Assembly (NCBI GenBank): GCA_963826715.1
Contig: CAWGYA010000006.1
Location: 96,001 to 160,000 of the forward strand
From: Candidatus Bathyarchaeota archaeon
Lineage (GTDB): Archaea; Thermoproteota; Bathyarchaeia; Bathyarchaeales; Bathycorpusculaceae
Direction: 5' to 3'
DNA length: 64,000 nucleotides
The position numbers were made by a program, and so were the translations under genes. The notes beneath the pieces were generated by a model that worked only from the letters and a program-made list of their open reading frames with translations, was not told where the DNA came from and did no database searches. Below, in pieces: positions 19,247-29,599 of this stretch. The first letter of the stretch is position 1; the number at the start of each line of letters is the position of its first letter.

Positions 19247-20191
19247 TTACTGTTTACCTCCTTGTGGTTTGTTGATTAGTTGTATAAATACATCTTCTAA
19301 ACTGTGCCCCTTCTGAGTCATGCCTACGATGACGCCCCCAGCGCCCGTTATCGCCTGAGAAACATGTACCCTTACATCCTCAGCAGTTGAGAGTGTAATG
19401 TTTAGAATGTTACCGTTTCGGGCAGCTTCCTTAACATAAGTTAACTTTTTCACAGCTTCAGTTACTGCACCAGTAAGGTGCATCACCTCAACCCGAATTG
19501 AGGCAGGACCCGAAATCATGTTCGAAACAGTCTCCAAGGTATCGGAGACGAGAGCTTGTCCACGATTGATTATGGTTACGTGACTGCAAATTTGCTCAAC
19601 TTCATAGAGTAAATGGGACGAAACCAGAACTGTCATACCACCTTTGGAAATCGCTTTGACGAGTTCACGAACTTCCACCATACCTACAGGGTCTAAGCCG
19701 ATACTGGGTTCGTCAAGAACCACGAGTTCAGGGTTGCCAAGTAGTGCCTGAGCAATACCAATGCGCTGTTGCATGCCCTTGCTGTATTTTCCGATTAAAT
19801 CGTTTTCTCTACCTCTCAAACCGACGAGTTCAATCAATTTGGAGATCTGCTGTTTTAGTTCCTCTTTTGGGATGCCGTACATTCGACCGTAAATGTCTAA
19901 AAGCTCAGAGCCTTTTAGGTGCTTGGGAAACTTGGGCAGTTCAGGCATATAGCCGATTTTAAGCCTTTCGTCTGCTTGATCAACGTGGACTTTATGACCT
20001 AGCACATTCGCAGTGCCTGAAGTTGCTTTAAGTAATCCAACCAGAATCTTGATGGTTGTGGATTTACCTGCGCCGTTGGGACCTAAAAATCCGTGAATGC
20101 TGCCACGTTCAACTTTAAGGTTGAGTTTGTTCACAGCGATAAGTGAGCCATATTGTTTGGTAAGGTCGATTGTTTCGACTGCATACTCCAA
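19247..20191 (-). CDS. ABC transporter ATP-binding protein
   Basis: GPNGAGKS, YSKGMQQR, LDEP, SSH. Confidence 0.95.
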   Translation of the reverse strand: MEYAVETIDLTKQYGSLIAVNKLNLKVERGSIHGFLGPNGAGKSTTIKILVGLLKATSGTANVLGHKVHVDQADERLKIGYMPELPKFPKHLKGSELLDIYGRMYGIPKEELKQQISKLIELVGLRGRENDLIGKYSKGMQQRIGIAQALLGNPELVVLDEPSIGLDPVGMVEVRELVKAISKGGMTVLVSSHLLYEVEQICSHVTIINRGQALVSDTLETVSNMISGPASIRVEVMHLTGAVTEAVKKLTYVKEAARNGNILNITLSTAEDVRVHVSQAITGAGGVIVGMTQKGHSLEDVFIQLINKPQGGKQ

Positions 20192-20480
20192 GTTTGAGCA
20201 CTCCCATAAATGTTAGGAGACATTTTTAATATAAGTGAATCGATTGTTTGATTTACTATTGATTTCTGCACCCGCATTTTTTCAGGGCGTGGATTTTTAA
20301 CTTTGTTAATGATGTTTTTTAACAGATAGAATTATCTTGATTTGCTTGATTAAATAATTATCAAGTCTTAAAGACATCAACAAGAAGGCAGCTAAACCTA
20401 AGTTATGCATTATATTGGCATAAAAACGTGCATAATGCATTATAGGTAATAAGACCTTTGTCAAAGAGAGTTGATAGCCC

Positions 20481-21032
20481 ATGGTTTTGGTAGTTGCAGC
20501 AGTTGGTTCAAGCGGCTCAGGAAAAACAACTACTATAGAATATTTAATTTCGCACTTTTCATGCGAAGGCTATAGTGTTGGTGCTATAAAACACATCCAC
20601 CACGATAACTTCGCGATGGATAGAGAAGGAACCAACACTTGGCGTTATGCGCAGGCAGGTTCCAACGTTGTAATCGCTATCGCTCCCCACGAAATCGATA
20701 TTATTAAAAAAACGGAGCGGGAGCTAAAGGATTTAGATACAATAATTGCTCTACTCGAGAACGAGAATCTCGACATTGCATTTATCGAAGGTTTCCATAA
20801 ACTAATCGCTAATCGGAAAGACATCCCCAAGATAGTTACCGCAAAAGACCAAGCTGAGCTGCTAAGATCTATCCAGGGGACTTCGCCACCCATATTAGCT
20901 GCTACAGGTCTGGTTGCTGAGGTCTTCAGTGAAAAACATTTTTTTGAAATACCCGTCATTAAGGTTCCGCAGGAAGGAAGAAAACTAATTGAACTCGTAG
21001 AAGCCAAATTGAAAAAACAGCGACAACCATAG
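20481..21032 (+). CDS. mobB: Molybdopterin-guanine dinucleotide biosynthesis protein B
   Basis: GSSGSGKTT, IKHIHH..DREGTNTWRY, IEGF. Confidence 0.9.
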   Translation: MVLVVAAVGSSGSGKTTTIEYLISHFSCEGYSVGAIKHIHHDNFAMDREGTNTWRYAQAGSNVVIAIAPHEIDIIKKTERELKDLDTIIALLENENLDIAFIEGFHKLIANRKDIPKIVTAKDQAELLRSIQGTSPPILAATGLVAEVFSEKHFFEIPVIKVPQEGRKLIELVEAKLKKQRQP

Positions 21033-21036
21033 GCTA

Positions 21037-21831
21037 TTAAAGAAGTATTCTCTCTGGGCAAGTATAAACGTTCATGCGTTTGCCACGGACAAAACCCACT
21101 AGGGTGATGTTTGCTTTAAGTGCTGAAGACACGCCCGAATTCAGCACTGCCGCGACAGACGCCACGATAGGCAACCCCACTTTAGCAGCCTTGTAAATCA
21201 TATCGCCGGGCACCCGACCTGTGATAATCATGAAGCTTTCGCCAAAGTTTTCATGGTTAAGCGAGGCTTGCCCAATGACTTTGTCAACTGTATTATGTCT
21301 CCCCACATCCTCAGAAAATGCCACCATAACGCCATCAGCTTTGAAGATTCCGCTGTCGTGTAAACCACCTGTTTCCTTGAAGCCCTTCGCTTCTTTGTTC
21401 ATTTGGGTTATCGCATCAAAAATAACTTGAGCTTTAATGGTTAAATTTGAATTAACAACGGAAAGTTTCTCATCGCGCTGATATTTTGAGGTACTGCCCT
21501 TTATGAGGGGAACAATTCGAGCTCCGAAACGTCGATTTTTCAGACGCTCGTCAAGGTCAATGTTGGCTTTGAATGTTATATCGCATGTGTTTTTGGCTTC
21601 GTTGGAAATTACGCTTTCAATTTCATTAACCGAGTACAGTATGTCTTCCGCTATAAGGTACCCAACGGCAAGCTCCTTGAACTGCATTGGTGAGCTCCAT
21701 ATGACAAAGTAGTATTCGGCGTTGAGGATGATTTTCAGCGGAATCTCCTCGGCTACTGAATCACTCATTTTTATAGTGGTTCTATTGGATAAATCAAGCC
21801 TTGTTATGTCAACCTGACGCATAATATTCAC
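21037..21831 (-). CDS. fdhD: Formate dehydrogenase accessory protein FdhD (atypical, no Cys loop)
   Basis: EEIPL, ETGGLH, EDVGRHNTVDKVIG, TGR, LVGFVRG motifs. Confidence 0.9.
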   Translation of the reverse strand: MNIMRQVDITRLDLSNRTTIKMSDSVAEEIPLKIILNAEYYFVIWSSPMQFKELAVGYLIAEDILYSVNEIESVISNEAKNTCDITFKANIDLDERLKNRRFGARIVPLIKGSTSKYQRDEKLSVVNSNLTIKAQVIFDAITQMNKEAKGFKETGGLHDSGIFKADGVMVAFSEDVGRHNTVDKVIGQASLNHENFGESFMIITGRVPGDMIYKAAKVGLPIVASVAAVLNSGVSSALKANITLVGFVRGKRMNVYTCPERILL

Positions 21832-21926
21832 TGAGCCCTTGAGATTTTAGGATTCTACGAGTTGATAAGTGATTCGGCTATCTACTATTACCCTAAAAGC
21901 GCAAAAGGAAAAAATCAAAAAAGGTC

Positions 21927-21944
21927 GGACCCATGTTCGGGTCC
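21927..21944 (-). terminator. Hairpin after fwdC followed by minus-strand T-tracts
   Basis: GGACCC-N6-GGGTCC. Confidence 0.45.
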
Positions 21945-21952
21945 AATAAAGT

Positions 21953-22762
21953 TTAGAGGTATTTTTCGTAAAATTTCAGGGCGGGGTTGTTTAGTTTTGA
22001 AGCAAATATTTTGCCGGTGCCATGCTCTGATAAGTCGCCTAAGAAAACATAGAAGGGACCTTGTACGGTTTGGGTACTATCTACTTTGACTTTGGGTTTG
22101 ATACCTTCAATAGTGAACGAGGGAAGAACTTCTAGTTTACCGCCGACAATAATTTTCCCACTGTGCATGCATGCACCAGCTCTGATATCGCAATCTTGTT
22201 CGACATAAATGGCTCCGTCGGACATATGATACCCAAGGAACATACCAGCGGACCCCTTGATTTTGATGATCCCTCCTTTTAGGTAGCAACCCACGTCTGT
22301 GCCGACGTTTCCGTCAACAGTTATTAAACCCCCTTTCATGCCCGCATCGTTACCCCTATATGGCGAAGCCATATAATCGCCGCCGTCGCCATGTATTTCG
22401 ATTATGCCTTTCCTCATTTCGCTGCCTGTCCATCCACCTGCGTTACCGTTGATAACGATTTTGCCACCGAGCATTTTTTCGCCAGTGTGCATTCCAATGT
22501 TGCCGTTGATAACGATTTCGCCGCTTTTCATACATTGCCCGACACGTTTAACTTTGCTGCATTCGCCGTTGATTATGATATTTGGGGTTTCTTGTTTAGT
22601 TTCTTCGATTTTGAAAAGGTCACCTAATGTTAGGTTACGGTTGCCTTCTGTTAGGGGGAGAGAGGCGAGTTCTTTTACAGTTTTGCCTGCAAAGTTTTCT
22701 GGTGTTATACAGGGTGCTTGAATGGGGACGTCAAATGCTCGGAGAACAGTTAAAGTTATCAT
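21953..22762 (-). CDS. fwdC: Formylmethanofuran dehydrogenase subunit C
   Basis: GxxMxxG beta-helix repeats; FLGDLSE.G.G end; operon context. Confidence 0.95.
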   Translation of the reverse strand: MITLTVLRAFDVPIQAPCITPENFAGKTVKELASLPLTEGNRNLTLGDLFKIEETKQETPNIIINGECSKVKRVGQCMKSGEIVINGNIGMHTGEKMLGGKIVINGNAGGWTGSEMRKGIIEIHGDGGDYMASPYRGNDAGMKGGLITVDGNVGTDVGCYLKGGIIKIKGSAGMFLGYHMSDGAIYVEQDCDIRAGACMHSGKIIVGGKLEVLPSFTIEGIKPKVKVDSTQTVQGPFYVFLGDLSEHGTGKIFASKLNNPALKFYEKYL

Positions 22763-22764
22763 GT

Positions 22765-24462
22765 CTAAACACTTGCCTTTATTGTTAATTTTTGTGGAAC
22801 CTTAACATAATGATCTGTAACTGGGTAGTTTTCAAATTCAATTGTCCAATAATCTCTGAATCTTCGTTTCATATCATCGTCAATTCTGCAGGGGTCTTTG
22901 GTTTGTACGTCAAGCCAGTTGGTTCTGCCTGGAACCTTGCTGTTAACTACTTGCCCATCTTTTACAACTATGACACCGTCTTTGATGGTGTACGCTGAAT
23001 CGGTAAGTGCTTTGCGCGCAGTTCGGAACTTCTGGGCAATGTCTAGAGTTTCAGGGTTAAGATTGAAAATCGCTACATCTGCATCTGCACCGACCCCGAG
23101 GTGCCCTTTATTGGGCAAACCTAAAGCTTTTGCAGTACCGGCACGAGTCATTATAGCAAGTTCGTAGAGGCTCAACTCGCGATCAATAGAGGGCAGCAAG
23201 CTCTTTCTCTTGGCGCTCTTATGACATTTTTTAAGTGTGGCTTCACGGGCTTTTTTGCTATATAACCAAGCCAACACTCTGGGGTAGTCATAGAAGGGCC
23301 CTCCGTTGGGATGGTCAGTGGTCATGAAAATTTTCCACGGATCCTTTATTAGTAAAGCAATTTCTAAACCGATTGACCACTGCAACGCATTGACAGGGCT
23401 GTTTTTCTTATAATGGAACGGTATGATGCCGCCACTGCTTTCTGTTTCGATATCGCTGTTAACCCATTTGTTATGACCGCCTAGTTCGTAGAGTGAGAAT
23501 TCAAAGGGTCCATCAGCAGTCATGGTTGTTGTATCACTGAAGGTAACTTGCCCCATGTCCAAGGTTAGGTGGTTATGAGCGTTCATGTAGTTAGCGATTT
23601 CTTCTGCGCCAGATCTGAATTTACTCCAGTTTTCCCCCTTGAAACTTGCGAATTGAATATGGGTAATATGAGCTACGGGTTTGCCGTCGGTGGATAAGTC
23701 CTCCAGCGCTTTCATAGTGTCAAGAGTTGTTTGGTAGTTTCCAGGGAGTCCCAAATTGTTAGTGTGTAGGTGAATAGTGTGGGGGAGATTGAGTTTCTTG
23801 TTGACTTTGACAAGTCCACGTATAATTTCTCGGGGTGAGATGCAGAAGTTTGGCACTTGGTCGTCAATACTATGCACATTGTGACCGAATCCCCATGATT
23901 CTAAGCCACCGGGGTTGACGATTTTGATGGCGTATCCCTTTGAAGCCTGCATAAGCCAAGCTACGAGACGGGCGCACTCATCGACGTCCCCCTTAGCAAG
24001 GTTTTCCAGTACAAGCCACCAGTCGCCCATCAAAACGTATGTGCCTTTATCAATAAGAGGGATGTCATTTAGTTCTTCATGGGCGTGTTTAGCTTTCAGC
24101 GGTGCTATTGAACCGTTGAAGACTGAAGTATAACCCATTGTTGAGTAACGATAACCAGTAACGAATGTCGATGGTATCGAGTAACCTGTACCCGCCCGCG
24201 TGATCGCGGTTTTGCGTACCACATCTTTATAGTGATCTTCGGGGCGAATAATTCTGCCCATGTTGACTTCTGCTCCGGCTATGTGGCTGTGTATGTCTAC
24301 TCCACCAGGCATAACTGTCATGCCAGCAGCGTCGAGGACTTTGGCTTTGCTGCTGACTTTTTCAACAATTTTGTTGTCTTTAATGGCTACGTCCATCTTT
24401 TCACAGTTAATCTTGTGTAGTGGATCAATCACAAAACCATTTTTTATGAGTATCTCAGTCAT
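22765..24462 (-). CDS. fwdA: Formylmethanofuran dehydrogenase subunit A
   Basis: DIHSHIAG, KIVNPGG, HTNNLG, TTDHPNGGPF. Confidence 0.97.
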   Translation of the reverse strand: MTEILIKNGFVIDPLHKINCEKMDVAIKDNKIVEKVSSKAKVLDAAGMTVMPGGVDIHSHIAGAEVNMGRIIRPEDHYKDVVRKTAITRAGTGYSIPSTFVTGYRYSTMGYTSVFNGSIAPLKAKHAHEELNDIPLIDKGTYVLMGDWWLVLENLAKGDVDECARLVAWLMQASKGYAIKIVNPGGLESWGFGHNVHSIDDQVPNFCISPREIIRGLVKVNKKLNLPHTIHLHTNNLGLPGNYQTTLDTMKALEDLSTDGKPVAHITHIQFASFKGENWSKFRSGAEEIANYMNAHNHLTLDMGQVTFSDTTTMTADGPFEFSLYELGGHNKWVNSDIETESSGGIIPFHYKKNSPVNALQWSIGLEIALLIKDPWKIFMTTDHPNGGPFYDYPRVLAWLYSKKAREATLKKCHKSAKRKSLLPSIDRELSLYELAIMTRAGTAKALGLPNKGHLGVGADADVAIFNLNPETLDIAQKFRTARKALTDSAYTIKDGVIVVKDGQVVNSKVPGRTNWLDVQTKDPCRIDDDMKRRFRDYWTIEFENYPVTDHYVKVPQKLTIKASV

Positions 24463-26025
24463 TTAGGCAACTTCCTTCTTCTTTTTCACTGCTCTTTTAG
24501 GCTTAGCACAAGCTTTCACAAACCCAGCTTTGACCTTCGAGTCTGCAGGCTTAATTTCAGCTTGTTCTACCATTTCTCCTCGTTTAGCTTTGATGACACG
24601 GACTTCTTCAAGAATGCGAGTTAAGAGCTGTTCGTCGGTTAAAATTCCTGGCGGGGGTTCAACTACTTTTTTGAGGGTAATTGGAACTGAGTCCATGCGA
24701 TATGCGGTGCCTTCATATTCTATGCCACACCATTGAGCAGGGAACACAACGTCACCTAAGCGTGAAATAGCATTCATATCGGGATTGATAGTGATTAAGG
24801 GGTGCTTCATCATGTTTTGCACCGCAGTCTTGGGAAAGTGGGCACCGGGATCAGCAGAGATAACCAAGGTTGCATCGATATCGCCGCGCCTGAGCAGATC
24901 AACAGTCGTGTTTTCACCAGGGTTATATTGAGGATATCCTTGCGAGAAGTCTATTGCATATGGGTAGCCTGTTTGCCAAGCAAAAACCACATTTGCGCCT
25001 GTAACATTGAAGTGCCCCCTCATAGGTGAGATGACGAATTTGGTTTTTCGGTTAAGGTCACGTGCTAGTGCTATGGCGATTTCTATGTTTCGGAATCTAC
25101 CTAGGCTCTGTGTCATGCCGAGCCCGAAGAAGATGGTCCCGAACTCACAGTTCACCATTGCGTCTGCAACGTCGCGCAGAGAATCTACTGGGATACCGCC
25201 GACTTTATCAACATCGAGTTCTTGGTCGTTAACTAGGCACCGTAGCGCCTCGATTACGTCATAGTCTCTGTTAGGTTCAATCTGTAAGAAGTAGTCTGCC
25301 GCTTCCGCAGTCATAGTTTTTCTTACATCTACTACAATCATTTTACGACCGGGTTTATCCATCGTCTGAGGCGGAGGTCCATTGTAACAAACCTGCGAAC
25401 GGACATTTGGAGTAACACGTGCTATTCTTTTAGAAGCCACCTCCATCTTTTTGCGACCTGCACCTGCCTTTAGTTTCTGCATGTAGCTTTTCCATTCGCT
25501 ACCCTCAAAGCGACCATCAGTGAAAGCTGTGTAGCGTTCGACGTGGCGAGGGTGGGAGGTCCAGGGGTTGCATGCCCAGTAAACAATTAAATCAGCGCGG
25601 TGACGAATCTGCCCTAACGTTGCAGCGGGGATACCAATTTCCTGTGTTGCCATAACAGAGGGACCATGGCATACACTGCAACAATTATCGAGTGCAGAAC
25701 CTAATTCTTCAGCCAATGCTACACCAATACGTTGCGCTTCCCCGACGGTGCTACTCCAGCCAAAAAGCAGAGGATACTTTGCGTCTGTAAGGATTTGGGC
25801 GGCTTTGCGGATTGCTTCATCCATCTTAACGGGCACTAGTTTACCTTCTTTGCGTATCATTGGTTTGAGGATACGCTCGTCGCTTTTGTAGCCATGCACC
25901 ATCTTGGCTTCACAGACAGCGCAGCCGTTCTTCATCTTCACGATCTCATTGTTTTCCACTGTTACTTCTAAGTCGTCGCATAGGCAACCACATATTGGAC
26001 AAACAACGTCTTTAATTTCTGTCAT
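24463..26025 (-). CDS. fwdB: Formylmethanofuran dehydrogenase subunit B
   Basis: CPICGCLCDD, SVCHGPS, HPRH, PMRGHFNV, GTAYRMD. Confidence 0.95.
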   Translation of the reverse strand: MTEIKDVVCPICGCLCDDLEVTVENNEIVKMKNGCAVCEAKMVHGYKSDERILKPMIRKEGKLVPVKMDEAIRKAAQILTDAKYPLLFGWSSTVGEAQRIGVALAEELGSALDNCCSVCHGPSVMATQEIGIPAATLGQIRHRADLIVYWACNPWTSHPRHVERYTAFTDGRFEGSEWKSYMQKLKAGAGRKKMEVASKRIARVTPNVRSQVCYNGPPPQTMDKPGRKMIVVDVRKTMTAEAADYFLQIEPNRDYDVIEALRCLVNDQELDVDKVGGIPVDSLRDVADAMVNCEFGTIFFGLGMTQSLGRFRNIEIAIALARDLNRKTKFVISPMRGHFNVTGANVVFAWQTGYPYAIDFSQGYPQYNPGENTTVDLLRRGDIDATLVISADPGAHFPKTAVQNMMKHPLITINPDMNAISRLGDVVFPAQWCGIEYEGTAYRMDSVPITLKKVVEPPPGILTDEQLLTRILEEVRVIKAKRGEMVEQAEIKPADSKVKAGFVKACAKPKRAVKKKKEVA

Positions 26026-26030
26026 TTTAG

Positions 26031-26435
26031 TTACTTCCCATATTCCAGCTTAAGGAGCTCATCTAGGGTCAAGACAGGATCACTTGGCGACGCTTGTTCT
26101 ACTTCAACAGGGAAGCCTTTGAAGAGAGGCATACCCATGCCAAAGGTTTCATCGCCGCAGATAGCATTTGCCCACAAACCGCACGGTATGAAAACCATGC
26201 CAGGATTTGAGCCTCGAAGAATCTTCTTGGCTTTGAGGACAACTGAACCATATTTGGAGGTAACCCGCACCTTTGCACCCCCTTTCAAGCCGAGTTTTTC
26301 TATATCTAATTTATCCAAAAAACATACTGCGGCGCTATCGAAGTATTCTTTTGAGCCTTTGCCCAGTTCTTTTCCAACACCTTGATCGATAGTTCTTCCA
26401 GTAATTAAGGTTACCCGTAGTTTTTGCTCCACCAT
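26031..26435 (-). CDS. fwdD: Formylmethanofuran dehydrogenase subunit D
   Basis: LITGRTIDQG, GMVFIP.G.WAN, GMP.FKG. Confidence 0.93.
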   Translation of the reverse strand: MVEQKLRVTLITGRTIDQGVGKELGKGSKEYFDSAAVCFLDKLDIEKLGLKGGAKVRVTSKYGSVVLKAKKILRGSNPGMVFIPCGLWANAICGDETFGMGMPLFKGFPVEVEQASPSDPVLTLDELLKLEYGK

Positions 26436-26595
26436 GGTCTACGACCTAATCCAATAGAAACTTATTCAGTTATATTTAAGAGTAAAGCCCATAATAACCA
26501 CAAAATTCCTATAAAATCAATAGAATAAAGAGAGTTAGCACTTTAATGAGCTCTCTTAGTGAAGCAAACTGCTAAAAAAATGGAGAAAATAAAGG

Positions 26596-26970
26596 TCACT
26601 TAATTTTTGCTTGCTCAGCTTTGAAGACGGCATTGTATGTTCGCTTGTGAGTCTGCTCATTTTCAGCGCATGTCACATCACCGATAAACCGGACGCCCCG
26701 CAACCTACGCAAATCTTTGCTCATATCGGGTTCTGCATCATCAAACCAGCATATCACGTAATGGTCTGTTTTGCCCTCAGCAGACGATAGATAATCAGCG
26801 TCACCCATTAGAGTAAAAAAATCGTCAATGGCACCATTAAATTTGGGTTCGTTTCCAGCAGTAAGTGTTAGCTGCCGAGCCTTAATCACTACGAAAGGGT
26901 CAGATTCGGGGTTTACATTGCGTTCCCTAAAAATGCAAACAACAGGTTTTTTCCAAATAGACTGAGACAA
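26596..26970 (-). CDS. Hypothetical protein
   Basis: 124-aa ORF. Confidence 0.65.
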   Translation of the reverse strand: MSQSIWKKPVVCIFRERNVNPESDPFVVIKARQLTLTAGNEPKFNGAIDDFFTLMGDADYLSSAEGKTDHYVICWFDDAEPDMSKDLRRLRGVRFIGDVTCAENEQTHKRTYNAVFKAEQAKIK

Positions 26971-27027
26971 AGAGAAATCCTCATCTAATCAAGGTTTATG
27001 CAGTTATATAAATTTGCAGTTATCACC

Positions 27028-27528
27028 TAAATTGGCTTGCAAGATACTTGGAATGTTGAGGATCCCCCGGGGGGGAACCACGAAGAATATTGTGTAACTT
27101 TGTTGGGTTGCGCCGCCGAAGGTTGCAGTGTATGGCTGATCTGCACGGATTGCGAAATCAGTACTTTGGATGTCGCTTAGAATTCGGTAGAGGTCCCCTG
27201 CCGCGCAGATGTGGTTTGTTCCAGCGTCCCAGTAGCCGTTGTATAGGTATACGTCGGTCCAGCCGTTGACTCCGCCAGGCATTTTGGTGCAGTTCACAGT
27301 TAATTGGTAGTTCTCGTTGGCGGCAACAGTGAAGGGCACATAAACCGTTGAAACAGAACTGTTGAGAAAACGTGGGCAATCGCTACTGCCGCTGATAGTG
27401 AAGTGAAATTCTCCTGTGGGCGTGTGAGGCGTAAGCGCGGTAACCATTAAAGAGGTAAAAGCAAACACCGCTAATATACAAACAATTACTATTGTGATAA
27501 TTAAGCCCGAAAGCTTCTGTTTATTCAT
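27028..27528 (-). CDS. Membrane-anchored hypothetical protein with a probable homopolymer frameshift near 27070
   Basis: N-terminal TM; removing one C gives the ending VPPGGSSTFQVSCKPI*. Confidence 0.65.
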
Positions 27529-27674
27529 TAAGTACTTATCCCACCAAGATTGTTTTGCTTTCTTGGGGCCGTTATCGACTTTACCTTTTATAGTTTACTC
27601 AAAATCACCCGCTATTAATTAGCTGAAATAAGTTATAGAAAATTTAAAAAGCCCTCTGTGGGCATCATACATTT

Positions 27675-28739
27675 ATGAAGTATTCTTTCAAGATTGGTTC
27701 CGCATGGGGGATCCCCATCGAACTGCACTTCACATTTATTCTACTTATATTGGCAGTTCTCGCCCTATCTGTTTTTAGCCAAGAATTCTATACCTTCTTT
27801 ATCGTACTATTTTTGTTTATTTTTGTGGTTTTCCACGAACTCGCTCATTCCGTCGTGGCACGTCGGTATGGCATTAAAGTACGTAAAATCGTGCTCTACC
27901 CCATAGGCGGCGTTTCAGAAATCGAGGAAATTCCCGATAATCCGTCCCAGGAGTGGCGCATGGCAGTTGCCGGTCCACTAACCAGCTTAGTTCTCGGCAT
28001 TTCGTTACTTGTGGTAAGCTTGATTTTAACACCTCAACTGCTCCCCGCAGTTATCACCTTCCAAGTTACAGGCAACTTCCTCTTTGACCTAGCCATCCTA
28101 AACGTCCTATTGGGCATTTTTAATTTGATTCCAGCTTTTCCAATGGACGGCGGCAGAGTTTTTAGGGCACTACTAGCAGAACGAATGAAATATTCAGATG
28201 CAACCCGATATGCAGTGAACTTGGGTAGGATACTCGGTATCGCTATGGTGATTGTGGGTTTTGTTTATAACTTCTTGCTTATTCTGGTCGGCTTATTCGT
28301 CTACATTGGCGCCAGCGAGGAAGGCGAACAAACCATCATTTCCACTAAACTTGCAGGGTTAAGAGTTAAAGAGGTAATGCAATTGGAGGTGGGCTACGTA
28401 AATCCACAGCAAAGCCTAAGTGAAGCCTTAGAAGTTATGTTCAAAAACCGTTACCATGATGTACTCGTTGAGAAAGATGGAGTCTACGAGGGAGTTGTCA
28501 CTTGGAACGAGCTGATGAAGGTTGAACCTCAGCAACGGGACGCCATGCGGGTAATGCAGATGCCGTTGAAAAAAATTTCCGTTTTCTCTGACGAATCGAT
28601 TTTAGAAGCAAACAAAATTATCACCCGAGAAAAAATCGATTTGATACCTGTTGTTGCAAGGGAAAATCCTACGAAAGTAGTGGGGACTCTAACAAGTGAA
28701 GCCATAGCAAACGCTTACGAGCAAGCTCGAAACCGCTAA
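27675..28739 (+). CDS. Site-2 (M50) intramembrane metalloprotease with CBS pair
   Basis: HELAH, NLIPAFPMDGG, C-terminal CBS domains. Confidence 0.95.
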   Translation: MKYSFKIGSAWGIPIELHFTFILLILAVLALSVFSQEFYTFFIVLFLFIFVVFHELAHSVVARRYGIKVRKIVLYPIGGVSEIEEIPDNPSQEWRMAVAGPLTSLVLGISLLVVSLILTPQLLPAVITFQVTGNFLFDLAILNVLLGIFNLIPAFPMDGGRVFRALLAERMKYSDATRYAVNLGRILGIAMVIVGFVYNFLLILVGLFVYIGASEEGEQTIISTKLAGLRVKEVMQLEVGYVNPQQSLSEALEVMFKNRYHDVLVEKDGVYEGVVTWNELMKVEPQQRDAMRVMQMPLKKISVFSDESILEANKIITREKIDLIPVVARENPTKVVGTLTSEAIANAYEQARNR

Positions 28740-28906
28740 ATCATTATTTCGAGACAGCGAAAAAGGTTACCTTTGAAAAAACAAAATCTTTTATCCAAAA
28801 GGGGAGAAAACTAATATTTTTTTAGGAACACAAAGTTAGCGTTCAGAATTTTTTTTGCATTTATTATTACATGAAGGCTTAATAGATAGTTTCAACCTTA
28901 AAATGA

Positions 28907-29398
28907 ATGAAGTCTTTCATAAAGAAATTGTTGAAAGATACAGGATTTGGTTTTGATATGTCATGGTTTAAAGCTTTAAGAGAAAAAGAGCCACCTGAGC
29001 CTGTTACGCCCATTGGAACTGTTGTTATTGGTACTTTAAACCCTGACCTCATTGACACCGCCAAAGAGATGGTTAGGAAATCACTTAAGATTGCTCAGTT
29101 TAAAACTTTAGATGTGGGGAAATCAGCATCTGTAGATGCTTTTGTTTCAAAGGCTAAAGAAGCTAAGGCTAACATTATAGTAGTTACTATTAGTATTTCC
29201 GCTGCAAAAGATAATCTTCCAAAACTCATTTCCGCTATAGAACAAGAAGGATTAACCGACAAAGTTACTCTTATGATAGGCGGTGCGGCTGTTACCCAAG
29301 AGGACGCAGATAAAATAGGCGCTCTTTTTGGTAAAACAAGAGAAGACGCAGTTACTTTAGCAAAAGAAGCAATTAAGCAGAAGCATAGCAACCCATAG
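28907..29398 (+). CDS. Cobalamin-binding-domain protein lacking DxHxxG
   Basis: GTVVIGT, DVGK, MIGGAAVT fold motifs; start may be ATG 28958. Confidence 0.8.
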   Translation: MKSFIKKLLKDTGFGFDMSWFKALREKEPPEPVTPIGTVVIGTLNPDLIDTAKEMVRKSLKIAQFKTLDVGKSASVDAFVSKAKEAKANIIVVTISISAAKDNLPKLISAIEQEGLTDKVTLMIGGAAVTQEDADKIGALFGKTREDAVTLAKEAIKQKHSNP

Positions 29399-29599
29399 CT
29401 ACATTTTCAGTTAGGTTCACTTTAGAGTTAACTTATTGACTATTTTGTTATTGTCCTTAAGTCGCCCGTAGTCGCTTATCACGATGCTTTTAATATTGAT
29501 TAGTGCGACACATCACTTAAATGAGTTTTAGGCAGATTTTTAATAGGCATATCCCGAAATGAAGTGTACGTGCACCAAACCCAAAAAGAAGGCACACAA

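Noticed and set aside
24463-26025. Selenocysteine in FwdB
   Set aside because: The ligand position is Cys (SVCHG) in an uninterrupted ORF
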